Positions 12,720 through 25,248 are shown, counted from the first letter of the whole stretch. The stretch is DNA of 63,493 nt, filler included, from Chiloscyllium plagiosum (GCF_004010195.1; 6 parts of 6 records of this genome joined end to end with filler, not necessarily neighbours in it); one strand, 5' to 3'. The notes: a model not told the origin generated them from the letters alone. Numbers and translations: made by a program.

Positions 12720-14215
12720 ATCCCCACTCACCAGAATCTGTGTGTCTCCCTGCACCTCACATCGCCCTCCCCACTTCACGGAGTCTGCATGTCTCCTCAT
12801 CCCCACACCCAAGGCTCTACGTTTTTCCTTCGCCCCCCCACCACACCACAGTCCCACTCTCACAGTCTGAGTGTCTCCCTCTCTCCACGTCCCCAATTCC
12901 AGTCCCCAGAGTTCGAGTTTCTCCAACACTGCACACCCCATTCTCACTCCCCAGAGTCTGTGCCTCTGCCTCCCCACACCCCCATTCCAACTCCCANNNN
13001 NNNNNNNNNNNNNNNNNNNNNNNNNNNNNNNNNNNNNNNNNNNNNNNNNNNNNNNNNNNNNNNNNNNNNNNNNNNNNNNNNNNNNNNNNNNNNNNNNNNN
13101 NNNNNNNNNNNNNNNNNNNNNNNNNNNNNNNNNNNNNNNNNNNNNNNNNNNNNNNNNNNNNNNNNNNNNNNNNNNNNNNNNNNNNNNNNNNNNNNNNNNN
13201 NNNNNNNNNNNNNNNNNNNNNNNNNNNNNNNNNNNNNNNNNNNNNNNNNNNNNNNNNNNNNNNNNNNNNNNNNNNNNNNNNNNNNNNNNNNNNNNNNNNN
13301 NNNNNNNNNNNNNNNNNNNNNNNNNNNNNNNNNNNNNNNNNNNNNNNNNNNNNNNNNNNNNNNNNNNNNNNNNNNNNNNNNNNNNNNNNNNNNNNNNNNN
13401 NNNNNNNNNNNNNNNNNNNNNNNNNNNNNNNNNNNNNNNNNNNNNNNNNNNNNNNNNNNNNNNNNNNNNNNNNNNNNNNNNNNNNNNNNNNNNNNNNNNN
13501 NNNNNNNNNNNNNNNNNNNNNNNNNNNNNNNNNNNNNNNNNNNNNNNNNNNNNNNNNNNNNNNNNNNNNNNNNNNNNNNNNNNNNNNNNNNNNNNNNNNN
13601 NNNNNNNNNNNNNNNNNNNNNNNNNNNNNNNNNNNNNNNNNNNNNNNNNNNNNNNNNNNNNNNNNNNNNNNNNNNNNNNNNNNNNNNNNNNNNNNNNNNN
13701 NNNNNNNNNNNNNNNNNNNNNNNNNNNNNNNNNNNNNNNNNNNNNNNNNNNNNNNNNNNNNNNNNNNNNNNNNNNNNNNNNNNNNNNNNNNNNNNNNNNN
13801 NNNNNNNNNNNNNNNNNNNNNNNNNNNNNNNNNNNNNNNNNNNNNNNNNNNNNNNNNNNNNNNNNNNNNNNNNNNNNNNNNNNNNNNNNNNNNNNNNNNC
13901 CCAGAGTCTGTGTGTCTCCCTGCTCCCCAATGCCCCATCCCCACTCGCCGGGTTTCTCTGTCTCCCTCCACACACCCCTATACCCCCATCCCCACTTCCA
14001 GAGTCTGTGTGCTCCCCTTTACGCCACAACCCCATCCCCACTCCTCAGAGTGTGTTTAATACCCTCCCCACACACCTCAATCCTGACTTCCAAAGACTGT
14101 GTCCCCTCTCCCCCCACACTGCCATTTGCACTCCCGGAGTCTGTGTGTCTCCCTGGCCCCCACATCTCCATCCCCACTCCCTAGAGTTTGTCGTCTCCCT
14201 CCACACCTCCCCATA
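12720..14215. repeat. C-rich (minus-strand G-rich) minisatellite, unit about 40-46 bp, spanning a gap
   Basis: Recurrent ccccactcccagagtctgtgtgtctccc-like units on both sides of the N run 12997-13899. Confidence 0.85.
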
Positions 14216-15710
14216 CGGCTGGGGAGATTATGGCTGCAGAATATAGAATCTAAACCTGATTTTAAAAATACTTTATATCATAAGAAAAAGTAACAAAAAG
14301 TTCAAGATCAGAAATATTAAAAGGTACAGTCGAAGTGTTCCAGATTTTGAGAATTGAATGATCTTGTTAGAGGGTTTGGAGATACGTCCAACAACGTCCT
14401 GGAATCGGACTGTTAAACCGAGTTTGACAGGTTGATTTATAAACGTTACTTCAACGTGATTGCCCCATGAACCTGTTACCAGATATAGGCCACATTGGCA
14501 GATGTTTCCTCAGACTGTTTCCCCTGGGTTTTTATTTTCTGATCAGAAGTGAAATGTGTGGCACACAGAAACAGGAGGTTTTGTGTCAGCTGAGAATGAC
14601 ACACCGGACAACAATTCCCTGTTATCAATGCAAGGAGTCTTCCTGCCTGTGAGGGTGAACGCACACTGACAGCATCAAAACCAAATCGGCAGATTACGGT
14701 TAGTTTCAACATTGTATTCAATTCCATTCCCAGGTTCCAGAATGAAACATAAAGCACACAAGANNNNNNNNNNNNNNNNNNNNNNNNNNNNNNNNNNNNN
14801 NNNNNNNNNNNNNNNNNNNNNNNNNNNNNNNNNNNNNNNNNNNNNNNNNNNNNNNNNNNNNNNNNNNNNNNNNNNNNNNNNNNNNNNNNNNNNNNNNNNN
14901 NNNNNNNNNNNNNNNNNNNNNNNNNNNNNNNNNNNNNNNNNNNNNNNNNNNNNNNNNNNNNNNNNNNNNNNNNNNNNNNNNNNNNNNNNNNNNNNNNNNN
15001 NNNNNNNNNNNNNNNNNNNNNNNNNNNNNNNNNNNNNNNNNNNNNNNNNNNNNNNNNNNNNNNNNNNNNNNNNNNNNNNNNNNNNNNNNNNNNNNNNNNN
15101 NNNNNNNNNNNNNNNNNNNNNNNNNNNNNNNNNNNNNNNNNNNNNNNNNNNNNNNNNNNNNNNNNNNNNNNNNNNNNNNNNNNNNNNNNNNNNNNNNNNN
15201 NNNNNNNNNNNNNNNNNNNNNNNNNNNNNNNNNNNNNNNNNNNNNNNNNNNNNNNNNNNNNNNGAGAGAAGATGATTGTGATGTCTGGAATTATGGTAGA
15301 CATACACAGAGTAAACAGAACAAAACATTTTCCCTTAATGGATGGAGCAATGTCTCAAGGGCATAGGGTTAAGGTAAAGACAGGAGGATATCGGAGAAAA
15401 CAAAATCACACAAAGGGAGTGAATCTATAGCTCAGTGCCAGTAAGTCATGTCGAGGCTGAGCCCCGCATAATATGTGAGAAATATTTAGATGCATATAAG
15501 AAATGCCAAGTCACACAAAGCAATGGATCAATTGCGGACACATTGAACTGGAAAAGTTAGGGAACTGTTATTGATTGGCTTGGACTGAATGGGCCGAATG
15601 ACCTTTTCCTGTGCTGTATATCTCTATGGCTATGTCAAATGTATTATAACTAATGCCCTATTCATGTTAACCACAGATGTACTGTTCACCTCAGTTCCCA
15701 CAAGACTTAC

Positions 15711-15977
15711 ATGGCATTCCAGTGCTCTGCTTTGACCCGCTGTGTTGAACCTCACAGCAGATTTTGCTGCAATCCGCTTCTGACTCAGGCAGGGTTAACT
15801 GGCTGCTGAGGGTGTAAGTTCCCTTCTTGTTTCTCACGGATGGATAAGTCTTCAGTGCAGTCGTGATTGGCTGCCCACCTTTCTTCCACGTCACCACAAC
15901 CAAAGATCATAGAACCCTCGGCGAAGTGTTGCTGAAGGAGGAGACAAGTCCATAAAGTGTGGGGGTAGATACAGTCT
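15711..15977 (-). pseudogene. IGHM: IgM C-mu1 exon, disrupted (frameshift, TGA at 15909-15907, internal deletion)
   Basis: TAG acceptor, then ETVSTPTLYGLVSS / [13 protein letters not shown] / [33 protein letters not shown]...[15 protein letters not shown], then a GTAAG donor. The exon is only 267 nt. Confidence 0.93.
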
Positions 15978-17155
15978 CTAGGATAGAATGATCAATTGAG
16001 CAAGTTACTTTCTGTTAATTCGACCTTATTGGTTACGTAAATGTTTCCTCAGCTGTAAATATATGCCAGTGTGTTCCTGCTAAAATCTTCAGCATACCTT
16101 AAGTTTATTTTTGTTTCCAATCAGTCGTTGATCATGATCTATTGGTTCCCTCGTCAGAAACATGCCCTTGAACTTGACCATTACGATATAACTTAGAAAT
16201 AAGAACACCCTGATCCCACGAAAAGTAACTGTTAGAAAATCTCACCAACTATCACTTGCATTGGATTGCAGGTGACGAGTATAGTCGTTTCACAAAATGC
16301 AAACCAAGAAAAAGTTGAAGTTGGAATTGGAAATAAAAACCGAAGTTGCTGGAGAAACCCAACAACTGGCAGCATCAGTGGAGAGAAAGCAGAGTGAACG
16401 TTTCGAGTCCAGTATCCCTTCCTCGCTTATCAATGTCGGTCAGAATCTCCTCTCTGTGAAGAAGGCAGTTGCAGGGCACTGGGACTGAGAGAATGTCTGT
16501 CAAAGCTGATATTATGCCAATTATCTGGAAGCTCAATGATCGACTTGACAATTATCTGAATTCTGGAGGCCTCTGAAACATAGAGGACCATTAAGTTTCA
16601 GAGACTTTGGAGTGTGACAGCTAGCTGAACTGTGCATTTATGTGAATATGATTCGAGAAATGAACAAGTCATCTTTTACTTCAATAACTATTAAACTTAC
16701 AAGCAGTTCATGGTAAAACTCTAATCTCTCAGACTAACCACCGCTCTGACTCTCTCTCTCAAACTAAATTTCCACTCATATTGACAACCCCTACCCTGTT
16801 ACACGCTCATTCACCCTCGGAACACATGACCCTCATCGCAAGAGATAACACACATTCAAGGTAATCCATATTCCGGACGAGAATGTAATCTCGATTCCTT
16901 TCACTCAATTCCACACCTGCTACACTGCACCTGGTCCTTGGTGAATCTCGTCCTGACATCAGACTTTTCACAACCCCTGACAGGATGCCACTCCCCCAGA
17001 TATGACCTCAGACCTTCACCACTGACCTCTCATTTTACCCAAGTCAACCTGTGCACATTGCATCCCAGCTCTGTTCCGATCAGCCCTTCGCCACACTCCG
17101 AGCTTTACATTTTGACATCATATCCACTTGTCACATCAGTACAGTAACCTTATGT

Positions 17156-17560
17156 CACCGAAACAGCGCAGCACTCTGCTAAGCCGATCAACTAAACTTC
17201 CCGACACCCTGCCCACCTCTCAACTAACCAGCCCGGCAGCCTGCCCACCTCTCAGCGAACCAGTCCGAAGCACTGCACATCTCGCAACTAACCTTTCCGA
17301 CACTCTGCCAACCTCTCGACTAACCAGTCTGCTGTCTTGCCAATGTCTGAAATAACCAGTCTGACACCCTGTTTACCACTCAACTAACCAACATGACTCC
17401 CTCCCCACCTCACAACTGACCAGCCCTACACCCTGATGACCTCTCAACAAATTGGCCTGGCACCCTGGCCACCTCCAACTAACCAGCCCCGCACCCTCCC
17501 CAGCTCTCAACTAACAAGCCTTGCAGCCTGCTGGCCACTCAATTAACCATCTTGGCACGA
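17156..17560. repeat. 32-bp tandem repeat, about 12 degenerate copies, in the JH-C-mu1 intron
   Basis: Units resembling tcaactaaccagcccggcaccctgcccacctc start at 17188, 17220, 17252, 17284, 17316, 17348, 17380, 17412, 17444, 17476, 17507 and 17539. Confidence 0.9.
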
Positions 17561-17804
17561 GGGAGACACCCTGCATTGCTGCTCCAACGACCCCTCACCT
17601 ACCAAGCACAATGTGTCCAAGTTATTTCCTTGTGACCATTATGATTTGCTTTGATGCCACCCTGCCAGACTAGGTGCACTCAAGCTCACCCAGCAGCCAC
17701 CCAACACCTCACGGCCTATCAGCTCAAAATCTACCACATCACCAACCTACGTCCTCACTAGATCACTAGCTTCCAACTTTCAGCCTACTCCACCATAAAG
17801 TCAG

Positions 17805-18480
17805 AGATTTAGAGAGTCATACAACACAGAAACAGGCCGTTCGGCCCAGCCCGTCCATGATAACCAGGGTTCCCAAATTAAACAAATTCTATTAGCCTGC
17901 ATTTGGCCCATATTTATCCAGATCTATTCAGTTCCATTACCTGCCCAAATGTCTTGGAAATTTTGTAACTGGATATGCATTTGCCACTTCCTCCGGCAGT
18001 TCATTCCAATTTCAGGTACAGTTGCAACACAAACTCCCAACCTTTATACTCAATGCTCTGTGCAATGAGAACACATTTTGCAAACACATTCTTCAACACG
18101 CCAGCTACTTGAGACACCACTTTCAACAATGTATATATCTGATCCCTCAGGTCCCTATGTTCGACAAAACTACCCATTGCCATATCATTAACTCTGTACC
18201 AATCTATGTACTGAATCCCCAGGTGCTTCTGTTCGACATCAATACCCAGTGCACTACCATTCACTTTAAGTTGTTTCCTGATTTCTGTTCCCAAAATGCA
18301 ATGAGTCATATTCAGTTGAAACTGAACTCTATCTGCCCCTCCTCTGCCCATTGGCCCAGCTGATCATGATCTCGTTGTACTTTAAGAAAACTTTTATTGT
18401 CAATTATAGAACCAATTTTGCTGTTATGTGAAAACTTAACAACCATGCCCCATTCAATGGTTTCACAATTTTCAACCAAT
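17805..18480 (-). mobile_element. Degenerate CR1 LINE fragment
   Basis: Decayed RT C-terminal motifs (LQRD.DQLGQWAE, AQSIEYKGWE..LQLY) and a CR1-type 3' end. Confidence 0.75.
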
Positions 18481-21214
18481 ATTGTACACGGTTCAACTTT
18501 TTCCCTCACATACATATTGTTTCCTTCAACGCTTGAAAAAACTATCACCTTCTTGAAATCATTTGATATTTTGACCTCAAAACGTTTCTGTGACAGAGAA
18601 ATCCAAAGGTTCATTCTTTAGTTGAACAGTACACAAAAGGGTTCAATCTTATCCCGTGTGGGTAAGACTGTTGACTGTTCCTCCAAACATTACTACATTT
18701 TTACTTGCAATTCTTTCATTGCCCCTTCACTCTTTCTGTATCACAGCTATGGAACTCACTTCCTGACAGAGCTGTGAAAATGTTAATACCACACAAATGT
18801 CAGAAAGTCAAGGAGGCCAAAGTCGACTGATCTCTCAAGGAGATGTAAAATGCCTAACATTTCCACGCAAATCTACAGATGCAAATAACTACTAGGATAA
18901 ATGAAGATTATTCTGGCGCTTGCGTGTCCACACAAAGACGACGTGCTTAATAGTTTCGTTGTGTGTAGTTTTATTATATTTCCAGTGAACTACTTCTTAA
19001 TCATTTAATGGGCAAGAAGCTTTCCTCATTTTTAGCCCGGCAATCATACATTATACTTCCCTGGAATAAAGAAAAATAATGTTAAATTAAAGGGATCTGA
19101 CGATTGGGATGATTGAGTTGGAAATTGTCAGAAACTTAATTCTCTGAAGAAATGCGGCAGGTCTGGCAGTTCCTGTGCAGAGAAAGGAAGCTTATCATTT
19201 CAAGTGCAGTGATCCGCCTTCAGCAAATTGTTTTCATATTTTCTCGAACGAGAACTCATTCCTATTGAGTTAGACGGTGATTAAGTTTACCGAACGTCTA
19301 TTGGAAAAGCATTCTAAGAAGATGTACTGGATGATATGAGACATCAGTTGAAGACTAGTTGAAAAGCTACCACCAAAGTGTTGGATTCAACCAAAATCCC
19401 ACCGGACTGAACAGTCAAATTCACTCACAGTAATGGTTTGATACAAACGAAAACTGCTCCAACTTAAGGTCATCAAATATGCTTTGGGAATAATTAATTG
19501 TGGGTTAGTTATAAATGGTATCAGCTCGCAATTCCCAAAAGCCTGTGAACAAATATTGATTTGAAAAAAGGCTGCAAACCGCCAAACTTCTGTCGAATAC
19601 CTGAGGCCCAAGTCTGGACAGCGATTAAATCGATTTCACAGGTCTCTGTGAGTGGACTTCCAACAGTACTCAAAGAAGTCAATGTGTTTTCCCCCCAATT
19701 AACCGGATGAAACATGGAATTACATTCCTCTCTAACAGGTTGTAAATGTACACAAACCATCTGTCTCAGAGTCAGAGACACTACCACTACATTATACCAG
19801 ATCTGAACATAATCTCCGAAAACACAGACCACCGGTTTGAGAGTGTACAAATTTGTTCATAATTAACCAAGGATTTCAGCAACCAGGGATTGTTCTAAAA
19901 TGCTTAAACGATGAAAGTAGCATTTCAAAAATTATCCAAGAATGCTTTGATAGCAATTCCGAGTTGTTCAAGCTCTATGGGAACTGTAGAGGAATAAAAC
20001 TAGGATTTGCGCTGGCATAAATTTACTGTCACTGGATTTCAACTGAGAACTCCCTTCCCCTTAACCCTGTGTCTGTTGCTGCACCAGATGGTCTGCTTAG
20101 GTTGAAATAGATTAGAAGTTTTTGAAGTGTAACATCACCTTTGCCAGTAACATTACATGCTGACAATAAGTTCTTAATAATTTTATTCTACATTGTGCCA
20201 CTAAATGTGTCACTGACAAGAGAGGCACAAAGAAATTATGCAGCATATTTCTCTCTGTCTCACTGAATGATATATCGTTCATTGCTAACAACTGACTTTA
20301 GGGGTCTTACAATTTGACTTTTGTTACTGAAGTGTTTATTCTTATTGTAACAATTCAGTCAGGTCTCTCAATTCTGTGGTGCCTAATATCTGGCAGACAA
20401 ACGTGGTTTTGAAGCACCACATGAAATTGAACTGTCTGAGATTCAGGTGTCCGAACCGGTCGATTTACAACTGGTCAGGAACAGCTGACAACTCGATCGA
20501 GATAACACGGGAACACACTGTACAACACTCTTGATCTGGGAAGATATATCTGCTCAATTCGTCACATCAAATGTATTCACTGTAATTTAACTTTCATAAT
20601 AGGGACTATGCAGAGAGAAAGCATCAATGCTTCTCAGAACGTTTTCACAGTGAAGTAAGATTAGCTACTGATTTCATAAACTTAATCGTGATTGTAAATA
20701 AGAAAATTATTGTGGTGTACCATTTCACCAATAGAAGCACAGTTCCGGCGGAAATAGAATATCTCTAAATTATTTCTGCATATTCTTAAAATATTTCTTG
20801 AACTTTGGAAATGTTGCACGCACTGCTCAAAACCAATACTGCATTCCATTGTGTGAATGCATGTCTGTTGGATACATTAGGGCAAGTATTTACTCTCAGA
20901 TGTGCTTAGCAATGGCAAGTTATTTTCCTTGATTCCTCTTTCTAAAGAACGATTTTTAAAAAAAAATGTATGAATTGAAAACAGTTTCTGTCTGCATTCC
21001 CTGCTTGAACTGATGTCGAAATAAATGGTCATCAACACTTAATGAGCAATCAGACTACTACATTCCAAAAATCGCGCCAGTATGTTAATTGAAATGAATC
21101 TTACTCTATTCTCAGTGCCTAAATAAACAATGTGCTCTACTACCCTCCAGTTCCTGTCTTCTCTAAATTTGTGAATTCTGCAACTGTCGAAAAGCATGGA
21201 AAGGCACATTAAGG

Positions 21215-21495
21215 GGGTGGCACGGTGGCTCAGTGGTTCGCACTGTTGCCTCACAGTGCCGGTGGATCCAGGTTCAACTCCCGCCTCGGGCATCTGTCTG
21301 CATGGAGATTGCACATTCTCCCAGTGTCTGGGTGACATTCCTGTGGATGCTCCGGTTTCCTCCCACAGTCCAAAGATGTGCAGGTTAGGCGATATGGATA
21401 AGCTGAATTGTACATACTGTTATGGGTTAATGTCGGGGAACGTGTCTGGGTGGTTGCTCAGCGCAGGTTTGGACTTGTTGGGCCGAAGGGAACCT
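21215..21495 (+). mobile_element. tRNA-derived V-SINE (HE1-like), older copy
   Basis: A box tggctcagtgg, B box ggttcaactcc, and the V domain ctccggtttcctcccacagtccaaagatgtg. Confidence 0.88.
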
Positions 21496-23664
21496 TTAAA
21501 ATCTCCGATTTTGCATTATTTATTCCCATGGTGAGTAGATGATGGATTATTTTAATTGATTCGAAATCTAGACTTGGTGACATAATCGACTATAGCAGCT
21601 GTTTCCTAATGAATGGCTCTTCAGTTGATATATTGTTGTAAAATGTATCTATTTACTTAAAACACATGGATTGGGAACATCTAAAGCATGGCATGGATTA
21701 AATCACTCAGTTAATGTTACATTTTTTAATCCTGTAAATCTAATTTAATCAGATGTATAAGAATTAATCATTTCAAGTTAAACTGAAAAACTAATCAATT
21801 CAGTGAAATCAATTTGTTCTGCATCGAAATATTTGGAGCAGAATTTCTTAATCGTCTTTTCCAACGATCTCTTCCAGCCAGGAAACTTGTGTGTCGGGTA
21901 CAGCGGAATTGAAAGGTAATTCTTAATTAATGATATCACAGTAATGGCATTTTTGCTCTGTCGCAAGAAAATTAGAACATTATATTTTTGAAATTCTATT
22001 TATATTTCTTGTGACTTGTAAACGGTTTCAAGATAGACTTTGTGATTTAAGTAGAAAATTGCGTTCTGAGTTTTAAATTTAAGGTTTGGATTAGACCAGT
22101 CCCAATTGTTACATTCAAATAAAATTCGCGCCCTAACGTATCTGGTTTCCCTTCATTTCCAAATCCTTTGCGATTGGCCTTTCACTTAATATTAGGTTTA
22201 ATGAAAGTTCAACTCCAATGCTGATTGCATTGAATGAGGAAACTGGAGCAGTTCACTATCAACAACCATGCAAACATTTCTAAAGCAATGTAGAAATCAA
22301 AAACAGCTTCAACAATATATTAGCTTAATTTTACCTAAGCACATTCTCTCCTCAACTGAACAACGATTACCAAATCACAACACTGAGGATCAATGATGTG
22401 TTTGCAGCAAAACTGTCTCTTTGCAAGCATTTTCAACAGAACCAAGAACATAATGTAATCTCACAACAAATATCCCAAATTGGAAACCATCAAACATGCT
22501 CACCATCACACAAACGAATAAGTAAATCAAATAGAAATAAAAAGTCATAACAGTTGCCATGGTTCTGATATAACTTATTGAGCAAAGCTTAAAGCTTTAA
22601 CATTTTCGGCAACAAGTCAATTTGTTTTCAACCTATATAGTATTTCTAATCATGTCAAACTTGTGCAGTGCACAGTAGAGCAGCTGAAGGCATCTATTGA
22701 TTAATCGCCTTAAGGTCAAAATAAAATTAGTTCAATGGACAAACATTATAATTGAATGTTATGATAAGTTAGTCTCAATTATGAAATCTGGTGAATTCGG
22801 TCGCTTAAGATTTTAGTCCCAAATTTTATTTTGAATGTGGCTACTCAAAACAGACTTTAACTAGTTTAAAATGAAAACTGAGATTGTGTATATAAAAAAA
22901 GCTCTAAAAAGTCGTCGCTTTTTTTCATTTCTCACACTTCCGTGTTTCTGCCTTAAGTTGGTCTTCAGACAGTTACAAACGGATCTCTTTTGCTGATAGA
23001 AAACACCGATTACTGAAAGCATGAAAGCGCAGTTCAATTCCACAAGATGAATCAACTCATTTCAACACAATCAAATAAAGCAAAGTCAGAACCCAATCAA
23101 CTTTTCAACAGAAGCAAATAAAACACATTCAGCATCCAATCAAAAGAATGAAATGCAGTACCGCTAGAAGATTCCATGACAGTATCCAACGTGCTTGTCA
23201 TCAACAAAATTAACAACTCAAATGACAAAATGCAATCATGATAAGAGCATTATGCACCCAGGGAATATATTCAATAAATTAACATATTTTCATCCTGTTT
23301 AGTGATATTTTCAACATCTTTAAGTTCTTGGCATTTGTTGTCGATAATAAAACTCACAGATAGTGGGTGTCACTAAACTCTGCTTAAACCTGACTGATTG
23401 AGAGACGTTAGGTGTTTCAAGTAATCAGCCACACAGAATGCCCATCTGATTTTAAAAAAATATATACACTGAGCATCTGAATCCGCCACAACTACTTCAG
23501 TCATTTTCTGAGACTTAATGTAAGTCTATTGTCAGTTTTAACAAAAATCAAACTAAACCAAACCAAGCTCAGCACAGCATCTAAGTTTCATTTAATTCAG
23601 GAATTATTCACATGAATGGAACGTTAGCAAAAACTAAAGTCACTGAGAAAGTTCACATTCTTAC

Positions 23665-23712
23665 CTGAAGTCACCGTCACCATGGTCCCTTGTTCCCAGT
23701 AATCAAGATAGT
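23665..23712 (-). pseudogene. IGHJ: JH, cluster 2 (YLDYWEQGTMVTVTS; WGXG motif mutated), with a 23-RSS at 23713-23751
   Basis: TGG GAA CAA GGG. The donor and CACAGCG-23-ACAATAACT are intact. Confidence 0.92.
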
Positions 23713-24088
23713 CACAGCGTTACATTCTCTGGACTGGGTCACACAATAACTGACTTTGCATAAAAACAAACAAAAATCTGCATTATTCTAAATATTCAGA
23801 ACCACTGTCAAACTGAAGTCGCGATAAATCTTCATCATGTTATAATTGTACAGTGGATACTGATCATTCTTTTTAAATTATTATAATGTTTTATATTTCA
23901 CAGAATAACGCATGAGCTGATTCTCAAAATTGCCAACTGCTACAATAATAATCAACACTTTTGCAAATTAAATTTACAATTTAAACAGCGATAATTGCAC
24001 AATACCCCACAGAACTAATACTGAAGTGTGAGTTTAGGTAGTCTGTATAAGTAAACATTGACTCGTTTCAAACAATGGGGGCTGGACG

Positions 24089-24133
24089 GCTTTTAGTATT
24101 GATAATAATTGCAGTGTCACCCCAGTATGTCAC
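24089..24133 (-). pseudogene. IGHD: DH2, cluster 2 (24117-24130): 3' 12-RSS intact, 5' RSS deleted
   Basis: gcttttagt-12-tgcagtg, then D, then cac|atact. This is 20 nt shorter than copy 1. Confidence 0.92.
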
Positions 24134-24199
24134 ATACTACGGCGGGCTGCAAACTGTAAAATGCAGATATTTAATTTCATCAATTCCTGGAAAGAAGTG

Positions 24200-24513
24200 G
24201 GCGGCACGGTGGCACAGTGGTTAGCACTGCTGCCTCGCAGCGCCAGAGACCCGGGGTCAATTCCCGACTCAGGCGACTGACTGTGTGGAGTTTGCACGTT
24301 CTCCCGTGTCTGCGTGGGTTTCCTCCGGGGGCTCCGGTTTCCTCCCACAGTCCAAAGATGTGCAAGTCAGGTGAATTGGCCATGCTAAATTGCCCGTAGT
24401 GTTAGGTAAAGGGGTAAATGTAGGGGTATGGGTGGGTTACGCTTCGGCGGGTCGGTGTGGACTTGTTGGGCCGAAGGGCCTGTTTCCACACTGTAAGTAA
24501 TCTAATCTAATCT
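24200..24513 (+). mobile_element. Full-length V-SINE (HE1-like) inserted between D1 and D2 of cluster 2
   Basis: tRNA-like head, V domain, (TCTAA)n tail, and TSD aaagaagtg/aaaaaagtg. The empty site is present in copy 1 near 2187-2195. Confidence 0.95.
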
Positions 24514-24769
24514 AAAAAAGTGATTCAGACTCCTCTAAAAATTATTTAGTGGAATTATTCAGCTTTTTCTATTCATTGCATTTTAAAAGCTCGGAATACT
24601 TTTGCAAGTTCAGCGTGCATTAATGTAGCCATAAACATGAGGAAAGTAGAATAATTTTATAAATTTGTCCAAACTCGTCACTCCTGCATGAGATTTAAAT
24701 TAAGTCTCACATTATTTTCTCGCTCCTTCAATTTTAGTCATCACCAACCTGAGACAAACCCTTATCAGT

Positions 24770-24849
24770 GGTTTTTGTATGAGGATGTCACTATCGGCAT
24801 CACTGTGACCCACTGCAGTATCACAGCGATTTCGACCCGTACATTTTCT
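24770..24849 (-). other. IGHD: DH1, cluster 2 (24808-24821, ATACTGCAGTGGGT) with 12- and 22-RSS
   Basis: ggtttttgt-22-cactgtg, then D, then cacagcg-12-acattttct. Confidence 0.92.
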
Positions 24850-25248
24850 GGAAGACACTCTGGGTCTCAATTTTCATGTGAAATAGACATTTAGTGCTGA
24901 TAGTGTTTTGAATTAACGACATGGTTTACAGAACACGATGAGCAGACATTTCCCGATCAGTCAGATACATTAAAACTAACATCATGTCCAAGCATTTAAT
25001 TGGTGGAAGAGAAAGCAGTACATAGGACATGCCAAAAACATTGTCCCATGATATCACCCAGTTTGTTAGTTTCAATGGTATGTTTCCTCTATGATAGGGT
25101 TGTAAAAGGCAGCCCGAGGTGTGCTTCAGATCGCAGTTGGTTGAACTGAATTTAAAACGGGTACTGACCGTCAGTTAACGATGAAATTAGCAAAATGTCC
25201 CCTTGAACTGTTTGTTGAAAGGGTCCAGCCCTGGTTCCTCTCGCTGTG

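Noticed and set aside
12578-15328. Very long ORFs (up to 535 aa) in the ORF track
   Set aside because: They run through N gaps and low-complexity repeat. The same applies to the ORFs at 8315-8982, 31799-32257 and 59999-60469, apart from their CR1 fragments.
17156-17560. CRISPR-like periodic array
   Set aside because: The 32-bp units are contiguous and degenerate, with no unique spacers and no cas genes, in a vertebrate context.
24200-24275. tRNA gene
   Set aside because: It is the tRNA-derived head of a V-SINE with A and B boxes, followed by the SINE body and tail.
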